NCBI GenBank assembly: GCA_027483765.1
Contig: JAIXTW010000005.1
Coordinates: 11,821 to 75,820 of the forward strand
DNA length: 64,000 nt
Reading direction: 5' to 3'
From: Streptomycetaceae bacterium
Lineage (GTDB): Bacteria > Actinomycetota > Actinomycetes > Nanopelagicales > Nanopelagicaceae
Shown here: one piece after another, positions 41,588-49,888 of the stretch
How the letters are laid out: every line of letters starts with the position of its first letter
How positions within the stretch are numbered: position 1 is the stretch's first letter
The notes under the pieces: generated by a model
Told to the model about the DNA's origin: nothing
The model's input: the letters and a program-made list of their open reading frames with translations, nothing else
Databases searched by the model: none
Program-made: the position numbers and the translations under genes

Positions 41588-42919
41588 TTATTCTTTCACA
41601 TCAAGTGCGAGCAGATCTGCCTCATTTTCACGACGAACAATTACGCGGGCTTTTCCATCTTTTACAGCGACAACTGGTGGTCTTGGCACATGATTGTAAT
41701 TACTAGCCATGCTGCGGCCATATGCACCCGTTGCCGGGGTAGCTACTAGATCTCCAGGTGCGATATCTGAAGGAAGTTGGATATTGGCAATAATGATGTC
41801 GCCGGTTTCGCAATGTTTTCCAACGAGTCGAGATAAGGCATCTGGCGCAGTTGATTCGCGCTGGGCAATAACTGCGGTGTATTCGGCATCATACAAAGCC
41901 GTGCGTGCGTTATCGCTCATGCCACCATCGACCGAAACATATTTACGCACTGTGCCATCTTCGAGTACAACATCTTTCACAGTTCCAACTTCATAGAGTG
42001 TGAACATGGTTGGCCCAACAATGTTTCTGCCGGGTTCAAGTGAAATCACAGGTATATCTAGCGAATACTTTGCACACGCTGCTCGCACAGCAGCGCCAAT
42101 TGCTGGAAGAACATCGGCAGGTTCAACGGTGATGTCTCCGTCAATATATGCAATTCCAAATCCCCCACCTAAATCAAGTTCAGGTAATTGCGCGCCATAG
42201 ATATCGCGATACTTAGCCATAAATGCAAGAAGTCGGTCGGTTGCAATCTCGTGTGCTTCGGCACCAAAAATCTGAGAACCGATATGGCAATGCACTCCAC
42301 GGAGTTCTAGCTCTGGCAGTTCTGCAACTGCTTGCACTGCCTGCCAGGCAGCACCTGAAGCAATCGAGAAACCAAATTTCACATCTTCGTGAGCGGTTGA
42401 AATCTTTTCGTGAGTATGGGCTTCGATGCCGGGTGTAAGCCTGAGCATGACACCTTGTCGAACACCATGCTTGCGTGCAGCCGCTGCTACCCGCTCAATT
42501 TCAAAGAGTGAATCCATAACGATTGTCTTAACACCAACCGAGACTGCTCGATCAATTTCAGCAACAGATTTGTTATTGCCATGAACTTCTATCTTGGCCG
42601 GGTTGATGCCTCCTGCCAGCGCAACTGCGAGTTCACCACCGGTACAGACATCTATCCCAATTCCAATTTCGCTAATCCACTGCACAACTGCTGTGCAAAT
42701 AAAGGATTTTGCCGCGTAGTAAATAGTCCCGGCCTGCGGCCCAAATTCACTTTGCAGGCCGTTATGCCAAGCAAGTGCGCGCGAACGATAGGCATCCTCA
42801 TCTAAAAAGAATGTTGGCGTTCCAAAATCTGCGGCTAACTGTTGCGCTGAAATTCCGGCAAGTGAAAGTTTTCCCCCAGCAAAAGATGCGTTATGCGACC
42901 ACATTTGTGTACTCATCAC
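41588..42919 (-). CDS. lysA: Diaminopimelate decarboxylase
   Basis: YAAKSF, HGNNKS, HCHIGSQ, EPGR, GKHCETGD, TGAY. Confidence 0.97.
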   Translation of the reverse strand: MMSTQMWSHNASFAGGKLSLAGISAQQLAADFGTPTFFLDEDAYRSRALAWHNGLQSEFGPQAGTIYYAAKSFICTAVVQWISEIGIGIDVCTGGELAVALAGGINPAKIEVHGNNKSVAEIDRAVSVGVKTIVMDSLFEIERVAAAARKHGVRQGVMLRLTPGIEAHTHEKISTAHEDVKFGFSIASGAAWQAVQAVAELPELELRGVHCHIGSQIFGAEAHEIATDRLLAFMAKYRDIYGAQLPELDLGGGFGIAYIDGDITVEPADVLPAIGAAVRAACAKYSLDIPVISLEPGRNIVGPTMFTLYEVGTVKDVVLEDGTVRKYVSVDGGMSDNARTALYDAEYTAVIAQRESTAPDALSRLVGKHCETGDIIIANIQLPSDIAPGDLVATPATGAYGRSMASNYNHVPRPPVVAVKDGKARVIVRRENEADLLALDVKE

Positions 42920-44590
42920 TTACATCCTTTCCGGTGCTGATACGCCTAAAAGATCAAGACCATTAGCAAGTACCTGCATTGTTGCAGCACAGAGCGCTGC
43001 GCGCGCAGAATGAATAGCAGCAATTGGTTCATCGCCCAGTGGGAGCACGCGGCAATCGGCATAGAAGCCGTGATACACACCCGCTAACTCTTCCAAATAG
43101 CGCGCTACGCGGTGCGGTTCGCGGAATTCAGCAGCGCTGGCAACTATGCGTGGGAAATCTGAGAGCGCACCCAGTAATTCATTTTCGCGATCATGCGTGA
43201 GTTGTGATGGGTCAAAAGATTCAAGGTTTGCTGAGATTCTAAGTTCGGCTGTATTGCGAAGTACAGCTGCAATGCGAGCATGTGCATACTGCACGTAATA
43301 GACCGGATTCTCATTGGTATTGCGGCGCAACACATCGATATCCATCACCATGGGAGTATCAACGGGGTAACGAATCAGGGTATAGCGCGCTGCATCAACG
43401 CCTACTTTTTCTACGAGTTCTTCCAAAGTAATAATTGTTCCAGCGCGCTTAGAAAGCTTTACCTCTTCGCCGCCCTCCATGATTTTTACTAGCTGGCCAA
43501 TGAGTACATCGATGTTGTATTCAGGATTATCTCCGGCACAGGCAGCGGTAGCTTTCAAACGTTGAATGTAGCCATGATGATCGGCACCCAACATGTAGAT
43601 GCAGATATCAAAGCCACGTTCACGTTTATTGATGTAATAAGCAGTATCAGATGCAAAGTATGTGAGGTCTCCATCTGCCTTGATAATGACGCGATCTTTA
43701 TCGTCACCAAAATCTGTAGTGCGTAGCCAAACTGCCCCGTCCACATCAAAGACATGTCCCTGTGAGCGCAATTTATCGACTCCGTGTTCGACCGCCCCAG
43801 ATTCATGGAGCGAGCGCTCTGAGAACCAGACATCAAATGTGGTGTGAAAAGTTTCCAGCACGCGCTGTTGTTCCGCTAACTGCACTTGATACGCAGCTTC
43901 CCGAAAATCTTCGGTAGCTGTAATTCCAGGGTTAGCTATAAGTACCGCCTTCGCTAAATCTTTGATGTACTCACCTTGATAGCCATCTTCCGGAATTGGA
44001 TTTCCGAGTGCAGCAGCTTGAACAGATTGACCAAATAAATCCATCTGGCGCCCGCGATCATTGATATAAAACTCGCGCGTGACTTCTGCGCCAGCAGCGC
44101 TGAGAACTCGACCAAGTGCATCTCCAACTGCCGCCCACCGAGTGTGACCAAGGTGAAGCGGTCCGGTTGGATTGGCGCTGATGAATTCAAGATTGACTTT
44201 CACGCCGGCAAGAGCGTTGCCACGCCCGTATGCGTTCTTCGCCGTAAGAATTGTGCGAACTAACTCTGCCTGACTAGCGCGATCGAGGGTGATGTTGATG
44301 AAGCCCGGTCCGGCGATATCAACTTTGGTTACTCCAGCAATCGAAGCAATTGCCGCCTGCAAAATTGTTGCAATATCGCGTGGATTTTTGCCCGCTGCCT
44401 TCGCTAATTGAAGCGCAATCGATGTCGCATAATCACCATGATCACGATTTTTTGGACGCTCGAGGGTAATGACCGCAGGAGCTTCGCCTGTGATTTCCCC
44501 TCGGGCAAATGATGCTGCTACGACCTTTTGAATATCGAGGGCAAGTTGGTCGGCGAGCGAGGCTGTTGCTGAATCTTCACTGCGCGACAT
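42920..44590 (-). CDS. argS: Arginyl-tRNA synthetase
   Basis: EFISANPTGPLHLGH, GADHHGY, KLSKRAG, YVQYAHAR. Confidence 0.98.
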   Translation of the reverse strand: MSRSEDSATASLADQLALDIQKVVAASFARGEITGEAPAVITLERPKNRDHGDYATSIALQLAKAAGKNPRDIATILQAAIASIAGVTKVDIAGPGFINITLDRASQAELVRTILTAKNAYGRGNALAGVKVNLEFISANPTGPLHLGHTRWAAVGDALGRVLSAAGAEVTREFYINDRGRQMDLFGQSVQAAALGNPIPEDGYQGEYIKDLAKAVLIANPGITATEDFREAAYQVQLAEQQRVLETFHTTFDVWFSERSLHESGAVEHGVDKLRSQGHVFDVDGAVWLRTTDFGDDKDRVIIKADGDLTYFASDTAYYINKRERGFDICIYMLGADHHGYIQRLKATAACAGDNPEYNIDVLIGQLVKIMEGGEEVKLSKRAGTIITLEELVEKVGVDAARYTLIRYPVDTPMVMDIDVLRRNTNENPVYYVQYAHARIAAVLRNTAELRISANLESFDPSQLTHDRENELLGALSDFPRIVASAAEFREPHRVARYLEELAGVYHGFYADCRVLPLGDEPIAAIHSARAALCAATMQVLANGLDLLGVSAPERM

Positions 44591-44694
44591 TGTGCAAGGT
44601 TACCCGGTGCGCGCGCACGCTCGCCGTTATTTGGAGTCAGAGCCCAGTTACCCGTAACCTTCTCCCATATCGCATCGAGAAATTGATGAGATAC

Positions 44695-44773
44695 GCGGGA
44701 GTGGTGAAATGGCAGACACGCAAGTCTTAGGAACTTGTGCTTCGGCGTGCGGGTTCAAGTCCCGCCTCCCGCA
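44695..44773 (+). tRNA. tRNA-Leu (TAG), short variable arm, CCA not encoded
   Basis: Acceptor GCGGGAG/CTCCCGC, D arm GTG..GGCAGA-CAC, anticodon CAAGT-CTTAGGA-ACTTG, T arm GCGGG-TTCAAGT-CCCGC. Confidence 0.95.
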
Positions 44774-44808
44774 CTAGCAATTTTTTCACGATTAATGAGG
44801 GGCTCGAG

Positions 44809-45141
44809 ATGGCAAAACAATCTCCGGCAAAAATCAAAAAACTTCGCGGCGAAGCGATGCGCGCTGCCGCGGCACGAAAAGCAGCCCGAGCCGCAAGCCA
44901 GAACGAAATCCTGCGTGGTGAAGTGGACCTCGATGCCTATGCCGATGTTGATGGTGCATGGCGCGAGATTGGATTAGCCGCCCCGGCTCGTAGAGCGTTG
45001 ATTGATGAAGGTCTTTATAAGTTAAGTGATCTGCGAAAAGTTTCGTTAGATCTAATTAAAGATTTACATGGCATGGGGCCAAATACAATTCGAATATTAA
45101 TTTCGGAGATGAAGAAGAAAGATTTATCTTTTAGAAAATAA
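44809..45141 (+). CDS. Small basic protein with an RNA polymerase alphaCTD-like helix-hairpin-helix C-terminus
   Basis: IGLAAPARRALIDEGL..LSDL...DLHGMGPNTIRIL; GAGG RBS before ATG 44809. Confidence 0.72.
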   Translation: MAKQSPAKIKKLRGEAMRAAAARKAARAASQNEILRGEVDLDAYADVDGAWREIGLAAPARRALIDEGLYKLSDLRKVSLDLIKDLHGMGPNTIRILISEMKKKDLSFRK

Positions 45142-45148
45142 GAGTTGA

Positions 45149-45400
45149 TTACACAAAAAAACTATAGGCAAGTAGCAGGCCACCTATTGCGAATCCAAGG
45201 GAGGCGGCGGCCTTACTTTGAAGCCACGCCTTTCCCGAATCTGTAAATGTAATCAGAAGCAGAAGCGCCCCCGGACCAATAAGCACAACACTCTTCATGA
45301 GGTTGCCGTCAGCACCGGTTTGATATCGCAAATTGATCAGGCCGATAGCGAGAGCTGCATAGGCGCCCATTCGAAAATTGTTTACTCGCGACAAGTTCAT
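45149..45400 (-). CDS. Small hypothetical membrane protein (about 3 TM)
   Basis: Hydrophobic 83-aa ORF with TACACT 6 nt upstream of the ATG. Confidence 0.7.
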   Translation of the reverse strand: MNLSRVNNFRMGAYAALAIGLINLRYQTGADGNLMKSVVLIGPGALLLLITFTDSGKAWLQSKAAASLGFAIGGLLLAYSFFV

Positions 45401-45435
45401 TCAGTAAGTGTAATGCAGATTGCAAAGGGAAAGCA

Positions 45436-45463
45436 GAAGGGCGCCGGTTTCCCGACGCCCTTC
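45436..45463 (-). terminator. Terminator hairpin after actinorhodopsin
   Basis: Minus-strand GAAGGGCGTCGG-GAAA-CCGGCGCCCTTC. Confidence 0.8.
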
Positions 45464-45481
45464 CCTAATCAGTATGAGTAA

Positions 45482-46243
45482 TTAGTGATCTGCTGGCATG
45501 CCTTCAGCATGTGACTTCATGCGTGCGATCTTCAAGATTGTTAGACCGAATACGCACTTCGCTAGAACGTCAGCGATTGTGTATCCAACCTGAATTGTAA
45601 CGAATGATGATGCTGTTGCATCACCAACGATGTTGAAGATGTACGCGATTGGGTAGACACCCCATGTTGCGATGAGAAGTAGGCGCAAACGTCCTACTGT
45701 CTCTGCAACGCCAGCTGGCTGGCGATCGAGTGACTTGCCAAGCTCTACGAATAGTACGTAGAGGATGTAGATAAATGGAATTGTTGAAAGAACACCGAAG
45801 AGGATCTGTGTGTTCTGGTCAGATGAAATTTCACCTGGGTATCCAAGCGCGATCATCGCAGCTGATGCTGGGACGAGGCGTGTGATAAGTGATTTAGCAG
45901 CTGCTGCAGCAAGTGCAAGAACCGCAATTACCTCAACGAGAAGTAGTGGAACAGTTAGAAGCCAGTCAACATAGCGGTATGCCTCGTTGAATGCGCCCTG
46001 CTCGCCTGAAACGTTTACAACCATTCCTTCTGAAGACTCAGTGAATGAGTTGAAGATACGCCAGTAGTGGTAGCCAGCAATGAATGTAACCATTGATGAC
46101 ATTACGAGCGCATTGCGGTACTTAGGTAGAACTCGTGACTGTGATACGAGGGTGTACACAGTGCATGCGAGCATTGAAACCAAACCGAATGAGAAGACCG
46201 CGTAAACGGCGTTCCATTGGTTGCTGTCGAGTGTTACTGACAT
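45482..46243 (-). CDS. actR: Actinorhodopsin (xanthorhodopsin-like light-driven proton pump)
   Basis: Seven TMs; YRYVDWLLTVPLLLVE (DTE motif), WGVYP, DVLAK Schiff-base Lys; GGAGG RBS. Confidence 0.96.
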   Translation of the reverse strand: MSVTLDSNQWNAVYAVFSFGLVSMLACTVYTLVSQSRVLPKYRNALVMSSMVTFIAGYHYWRIFNSFTESSEGMVVNVSGEQGAFNEAYRYVDWLLTVPLLLVEVIAVLALAAAAAKSLITRLVPASAAMIALGYPGEISSDQNTQILFGVLSTIPFIYILYVLFVELGKSLDRQPAGVAETVGRLRLLLIATWGVYPIAYIFNIVGDATASSFVTIQVGYTIADVLAKCVFGLTILKIARMKSHAEGMPADH

Positions 46244-46503
46244 GTATTAAGCCTCCGTGAGTGCTTATCAATGCGGACCGGGCGGTCCGCAGGTTCGGTG
46301 CGACCCTTGGAATCCTCGAGGAACCCCAGCGACCGCCGACAGGAATATTGTGCGCCTAATTTGGGCATTGCGCACCCCTTTTGTGCAAGTGTTTTGCACT
46401 TTTTTGGGGTGAGATGTGGCTTTTTAGCGAGCTAAATGGGCCAATTTCCGGCCCTACTCTTTGGTAACTACCAGGTCTTCGCTAACGCCCTAGGCTTACC
46501 ATC

Positions 46504-47166
46504 GTGAGCAACACAGATCTGACGAAGCCTGTGGCAGTTCAACCACCGAAATTGCGCGGATGGTTTCACCTCGGTGCCACCCCCATCGTCATCGTTGCAT
46601 CGCTCATACTCTTTGTTTTAAGTCGCGAGTCATTGCGATTTGCCGTCGCGCTCTACTCCATCACCGCCATCATGCTCTTTAGTGTTTCTGCGATTTACCA
46701 CCGCGTTCCGTGGGTACCGAGTAAGAAAAAGATTTGGCGCCGGTGGGATCACGCAAATATCAACTTGCTGATTGCCGGTTCCTATACGCCTTTTGCGGTC
46801 GCGCTACTCGAAAATCGTGACCGAAATATTCTTCTCTCCGTAATCTGGATTGGCGCACTCTTTGGTGTTGCCATCCGAGTCTTCTGGGTCGGTGCACCGC
46901 GTTGGCTCTACGTCGCTAATTATTTAGTGCTGGGTTGGGTCGCGGTGATTTATACCCCGCAGCTTTATCGCGAGGGTGGCTTATGGGTGTTAATTCCCAT
47001 CCTTGTTGGAGGGCTGCTCTATTCAATTGGGGCAATTTTTTACGCCCTGAAATTGCCAGGCCGCAACGCGAAGTACTTTGGCTTCCACGAGCTTTTCCAT
47101 ATCTTTGTGCTCGCCGCATGGATTTCTCAGTACTTAGCAGTCTCTTTCGCCATTTACCGAAAGTAG
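46504..47166 (+). CDS. Hemolysin III/PAQR family membrane protein
   Basis: KLRGWFH, SAIYH, RRWDHANI..LIAGSYTP, FGFHELFH. Confidence 0.93.
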   Translation: MSNTDLTKPVAVQPPKLRGWFHLGATPIVIVASLILFVLSRESLRFAVALYSITAIMLFSVSAIYHRVPWVPSKKKIWRRWDHANINLLIAGSYTPFAVALLENRDRNILLSVIWIGALFGVAIRVFWVGAPRWLYVANYLVLGWVAVIYTPQLYREGGLWVLIPILVGGLLYSIGAIFYALKLPGRNAKYFGFHELFHIFVLAAWISQYLAVSFAIYRK

Positions 47167-47238
47167 CTAAATGCTCTAATCTTGGGCTCTCACCACGGGG
47201 CCGCCCGCCCAAGTGGGTAGTTCTATCCGATATCGCGA

Positions 47239-48096
47239 ATGAGAGTCGTCACCATGGCAGAGAAGAATTTCCGAAACTGGGTTGGTTTCCGTGAAGAGGC
47301 AGACCGTGAACCGGTCGCAAACCCAGTCGATCGTATTCGCGATCTCGAATCACAGTTAGCAGATCTTCGTTCACGACGCGACATCACCGGTCTTTCTCGG
47401 GAAGAGTTTGAAATCCTCGCTACTGAAACTGCGATGGCGATGATTAGATCTGCCCAAGCTCGCGAAGCAAAAGCGCTAGCTGCGGCAGACCGACTTATTT
47501 CAGAATCTTCCCGAAGTGCAAAAGACACCCTCGAGGGCGCAGAAAATAAAGCTCGCAGCATCTTGGCCGGAGCCGAAACCCGCGGCCGCAAGTATATTTC
47601 TACCGCAGAACTTGAAGCCGCAGAGCTGATTCGCGATGCAAGTCGTGAAGCTACCGCAGTAGCCGATGCCAAGGTGCGCGAAGCTGATGCAGTCGTTGAT
47701 GGAAAGCGCCGAGAAGCAGCAGCTCTTGCCACTGCTGCTCGTCGCGAGGCAGAGCGAGTTATTGGTGAAGCATCTGAAAATGTCAATGAATATCGTGCTT
47801 GGCTGGCTGACATCATCACCGAATCTGAGCGCCTTTACCGCAGTCAGACGCAGGCACTCAGTGCTGCTGAAGCGGCAATTGCACAATCTCGCGAACGCCT
47901 AGATTCTGCATTTGCTCGTTTGAGTCAGATGGGTCGTCTTGTAAATAACTCAATCAATGAAGATGGCACAATTAAGAAATCTGCACCCATTGCAGTTGAG
48001 AGTAAGCGCACTCGAGCCGCTATCAGCGCACCTACACGTTCCACAAAATCTGTAGCAAAGCGTCCAGTTAAGAAATCTGCTCCTAAGCGCAAGTAA
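47239..48096 (+). CDS. Long Ala/Glu/Arg coiled-coil protein (DivIVA/FilP-like) with a basic C-terminal tail
   Basis: Repeating A..I..(D/E)A...A helical pattern; Lys-rich end; alternative start at 47254. Confidence 0.7.
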   Translation: MRVVTMAEKNFRNWVGFREEADREPVANPVDRIRDLESQLADLRSRRDITGLSREEFEILATETAMAMIRSAQAREAKALAAADRLISESSRSAKDTLEGAENKARSILAGAETRGRKYISTAELEAAELIRDASREATAVADAKVREADAVVDGKRREAAALATAARREAERVIGEASENVNEYRAWLADIITESERLYRSQTQALSAAEAAIAQSRERLDSAFARLSQMGRLVNNSINEDGTIKKSAPIAVESKRTRAAISAPTRSTKSVAKRPVKKSAPKRK

Positions 48097-48101
48097 TTAA
48101 G

Positions 48102-49847
48102 ATGGCTGCCAAACGCGGTATCCAATACATCCCAGCAATCGATGGGCTTCGCGCACTGGCAGTAATTGCGGTGATGCTTTATCACCTTGGGTTCTCGTGG
48201 ATTCCAGGTGGCTTTCTCGGTGTCGATCTTTTCTTTGTCATCTCCGGATATGTAATTACTCGATTGCTCCTTGATTCCATTGAGCAAAGTGGCGGCCTTG
48301 ATCTTCGCGGTTTTTATTTAGCGCGTGCCCGACGATTGTTGCCGGCGCTTTTATTCACTGTCACAACTACAACTATCGCCATTGGTATTTGGGCGCCCGA
48401 TACCATCAAACGTTTTCTGACTGACATCCCATTTGCACTCACCGGCACTATGAATTGGTGGCTGGTCGCACGCCAACAGGATTACTTCGAAAGTATCGGA
48501 AGAGCGCCACTGCTTCAGCACACCTGGTCACTCGCGGTAGAAGCACAGTTCTATCTACTGTGGCCACTCATTCTCTACTTTGTACTTAAGCGCTTAGGAA
48601 AGAGCCGAATCCCGTTCGCTGCCCTTGTGATTGCTGGCGCCTCAGGTGTTGCACTTCTTCTCGTTTCGTTATCACTCGATGCATCCAATACATCGAAGGT
48701 AAGTCACGTGTACTTCGGTACCGATACCCACAGCATCGGGTTGTTTTTAGGTGCGGCACTTGCAGTGAGCTGGATACCCCAGAATTTCACTACCAATGTC
48801 AGTAAGAAGGCGCAAGACTTCATTGACGGAATAGGTGTCTTTGGATTTATTGGAATCATTGCAACTTTCTTGCTCATCGATGAAACCAAACCAACCTTAT
48901 ACAAGATTGCTTTCCCGCTTGCTGCTCTCTTCGGTGCTTCAATCATTATGTCTGTTGTTCATCCGGCATCTCGCTTTGCACCGATTCTTCAAAACCCCGT
49001 TCTGGTCTGGATTGGCCAACGTTCTTATGCAATCTATCTCTGGCACTGGATCATCTTCCAAGTTACTCGTCCGAGCGTCGATCTCGCCGGACAAATGTGG
49101 GCGCTCTACGCGCTACGAATTCTGATTGTTTTTGCACTTGCCGATATCTCTTTGCGATATGTAGAGCAACCAATTCGAAGAGGAGCGCTTAAGAATTGGA
49201 CTACCGGGCTCAAATACCGAACTAAGAAAGAGCGAACAAAACAAACTCGAGCCTTCGCACTCGCATTCGTCGTTGTCTTCGCCCTTGCCACAGTTGTCAG
49301 TGTGCGTGCTATTTCAATCGGAAATGAACAGCGCACGGCCATTGAAGAGAGCTTAGGCTCCACCGAAATCTCAATGGCGACTCCAGTAGACGAGGGGCTC
49401 TGGGTCACTGGTGACTCTGTGATTCTGGGCATTCGAGCAACACTTGGTGCGCAAGCGCCGATTGCACTCATCAATGCGCGTATCGGTCGGCAAGCCCCAG
49501 AGCTGCTCGAAGTAATGCAACGCGATAAAGCTGAAGTGGAAGACTCTCCGGTGATTTTTAACTTAGGCAACAACGGGGTGTTAAACCGCAGTGATGTAGC
49601 GGCAATATTCGAAGTTGTGAAAGATCAATCACAAATAATTGTAGTTAATGCAGCTGTAGATAGACCTTGGCGGGATGGAAATAATGCGCTATTGGCTGAG
49701 ATAGCAAAGCAATACCCCACAGTCACATTGATTGATTGGAGCACAATCTCCGCCGGTCATCCCGAATACTTTGCACCAGATGGAATTCATTTAGTGCCGA
49801 CCGGCGTTGGCGTTTATGTGGAAGAAATTCTTAAAGCTCTAAAATAA
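48102..49847 (+). CDS. Acyltransferase-3/SGNH O-acetyltransferase (OatA-like)
   Basis: IDGLRALAV, GVDLFFVISGY, HTWSLAVEAQFY, SYAIYLWHW; C-terminal GDS, GNN and DGIH. Confidence 0.92.
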   Translation: MAAKRGIQYIPAIDGLRALAVIAVMLYHLGFSWIPGGFLGVDLFFVISGYVITRLLLDSIEQSGGLDLRGFYLARARRLLPALLFTVTTTTIAIGIWAPDTIKRFLTDIPFALTGTMNWWLVARQQDYFESIGRAPLLQHTWSLAVEAQFYLLWPLILYFVLKRLGKSRIPFAALVIAGASGVALLLVSLSLDASNTSKVSHVYFGTDTHSIGLFLGAALAVSWIPQNFTTNVSKKAQDFIDGIGVFGFIGIIATFLLIDETKPTLYKIAFPLAALFGASIIMSVVHPASRFAPILQNPVLVWIGQRSYAIYLWHWIIFQVTRPSVDLAGQMWALYALRILIVFALADISLRYVEQPIRRGALKNWTTGLKYRTKKERTKQTRAFALAFVVVFALATVVSVRAISIGNEQRTAIEESLGSTEISMATPVDEGLWVTGDSVILGIRATLGAQAPIALINARIGRQAPELLEVMQRDKAEVEDSPVIFNLGNNGVLNRSDVAAIFEVVKDQSQIIVVNAAVDRPWRDGNNALLAEIAKQYPTVTLIDWSTISAGHPEYFAPDGIHLVPTGVGVYVEEILKALK

Positions 49848-49879
49848 AAAACCCCGGCCATTACTAGCCGGGGTTTTTT
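49846..49879. terminator. Bidirectional intrinsic terminator
   Basis: AAAAAACCCCGGC-cattacta-GCCGGGGTTTTTT between convergent genes. Confidence 0.92.
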
Positions 49880-49888
49880 ATTGAATCT

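Noticed and set aside
44750-47240. Actinorhodopsin region as an island integrated at tRNA-Leu
   Set aside because: No repeat of the tRNA 3' end and no integrase found by eye, and no obvious compositional shift.
47223-47819. 198-aa minus-strand ORF (and 47500-47886)
   Set aside because: Antisense shadow of the Ala/Arg-rich coiled-coil gene, with no independent signals.
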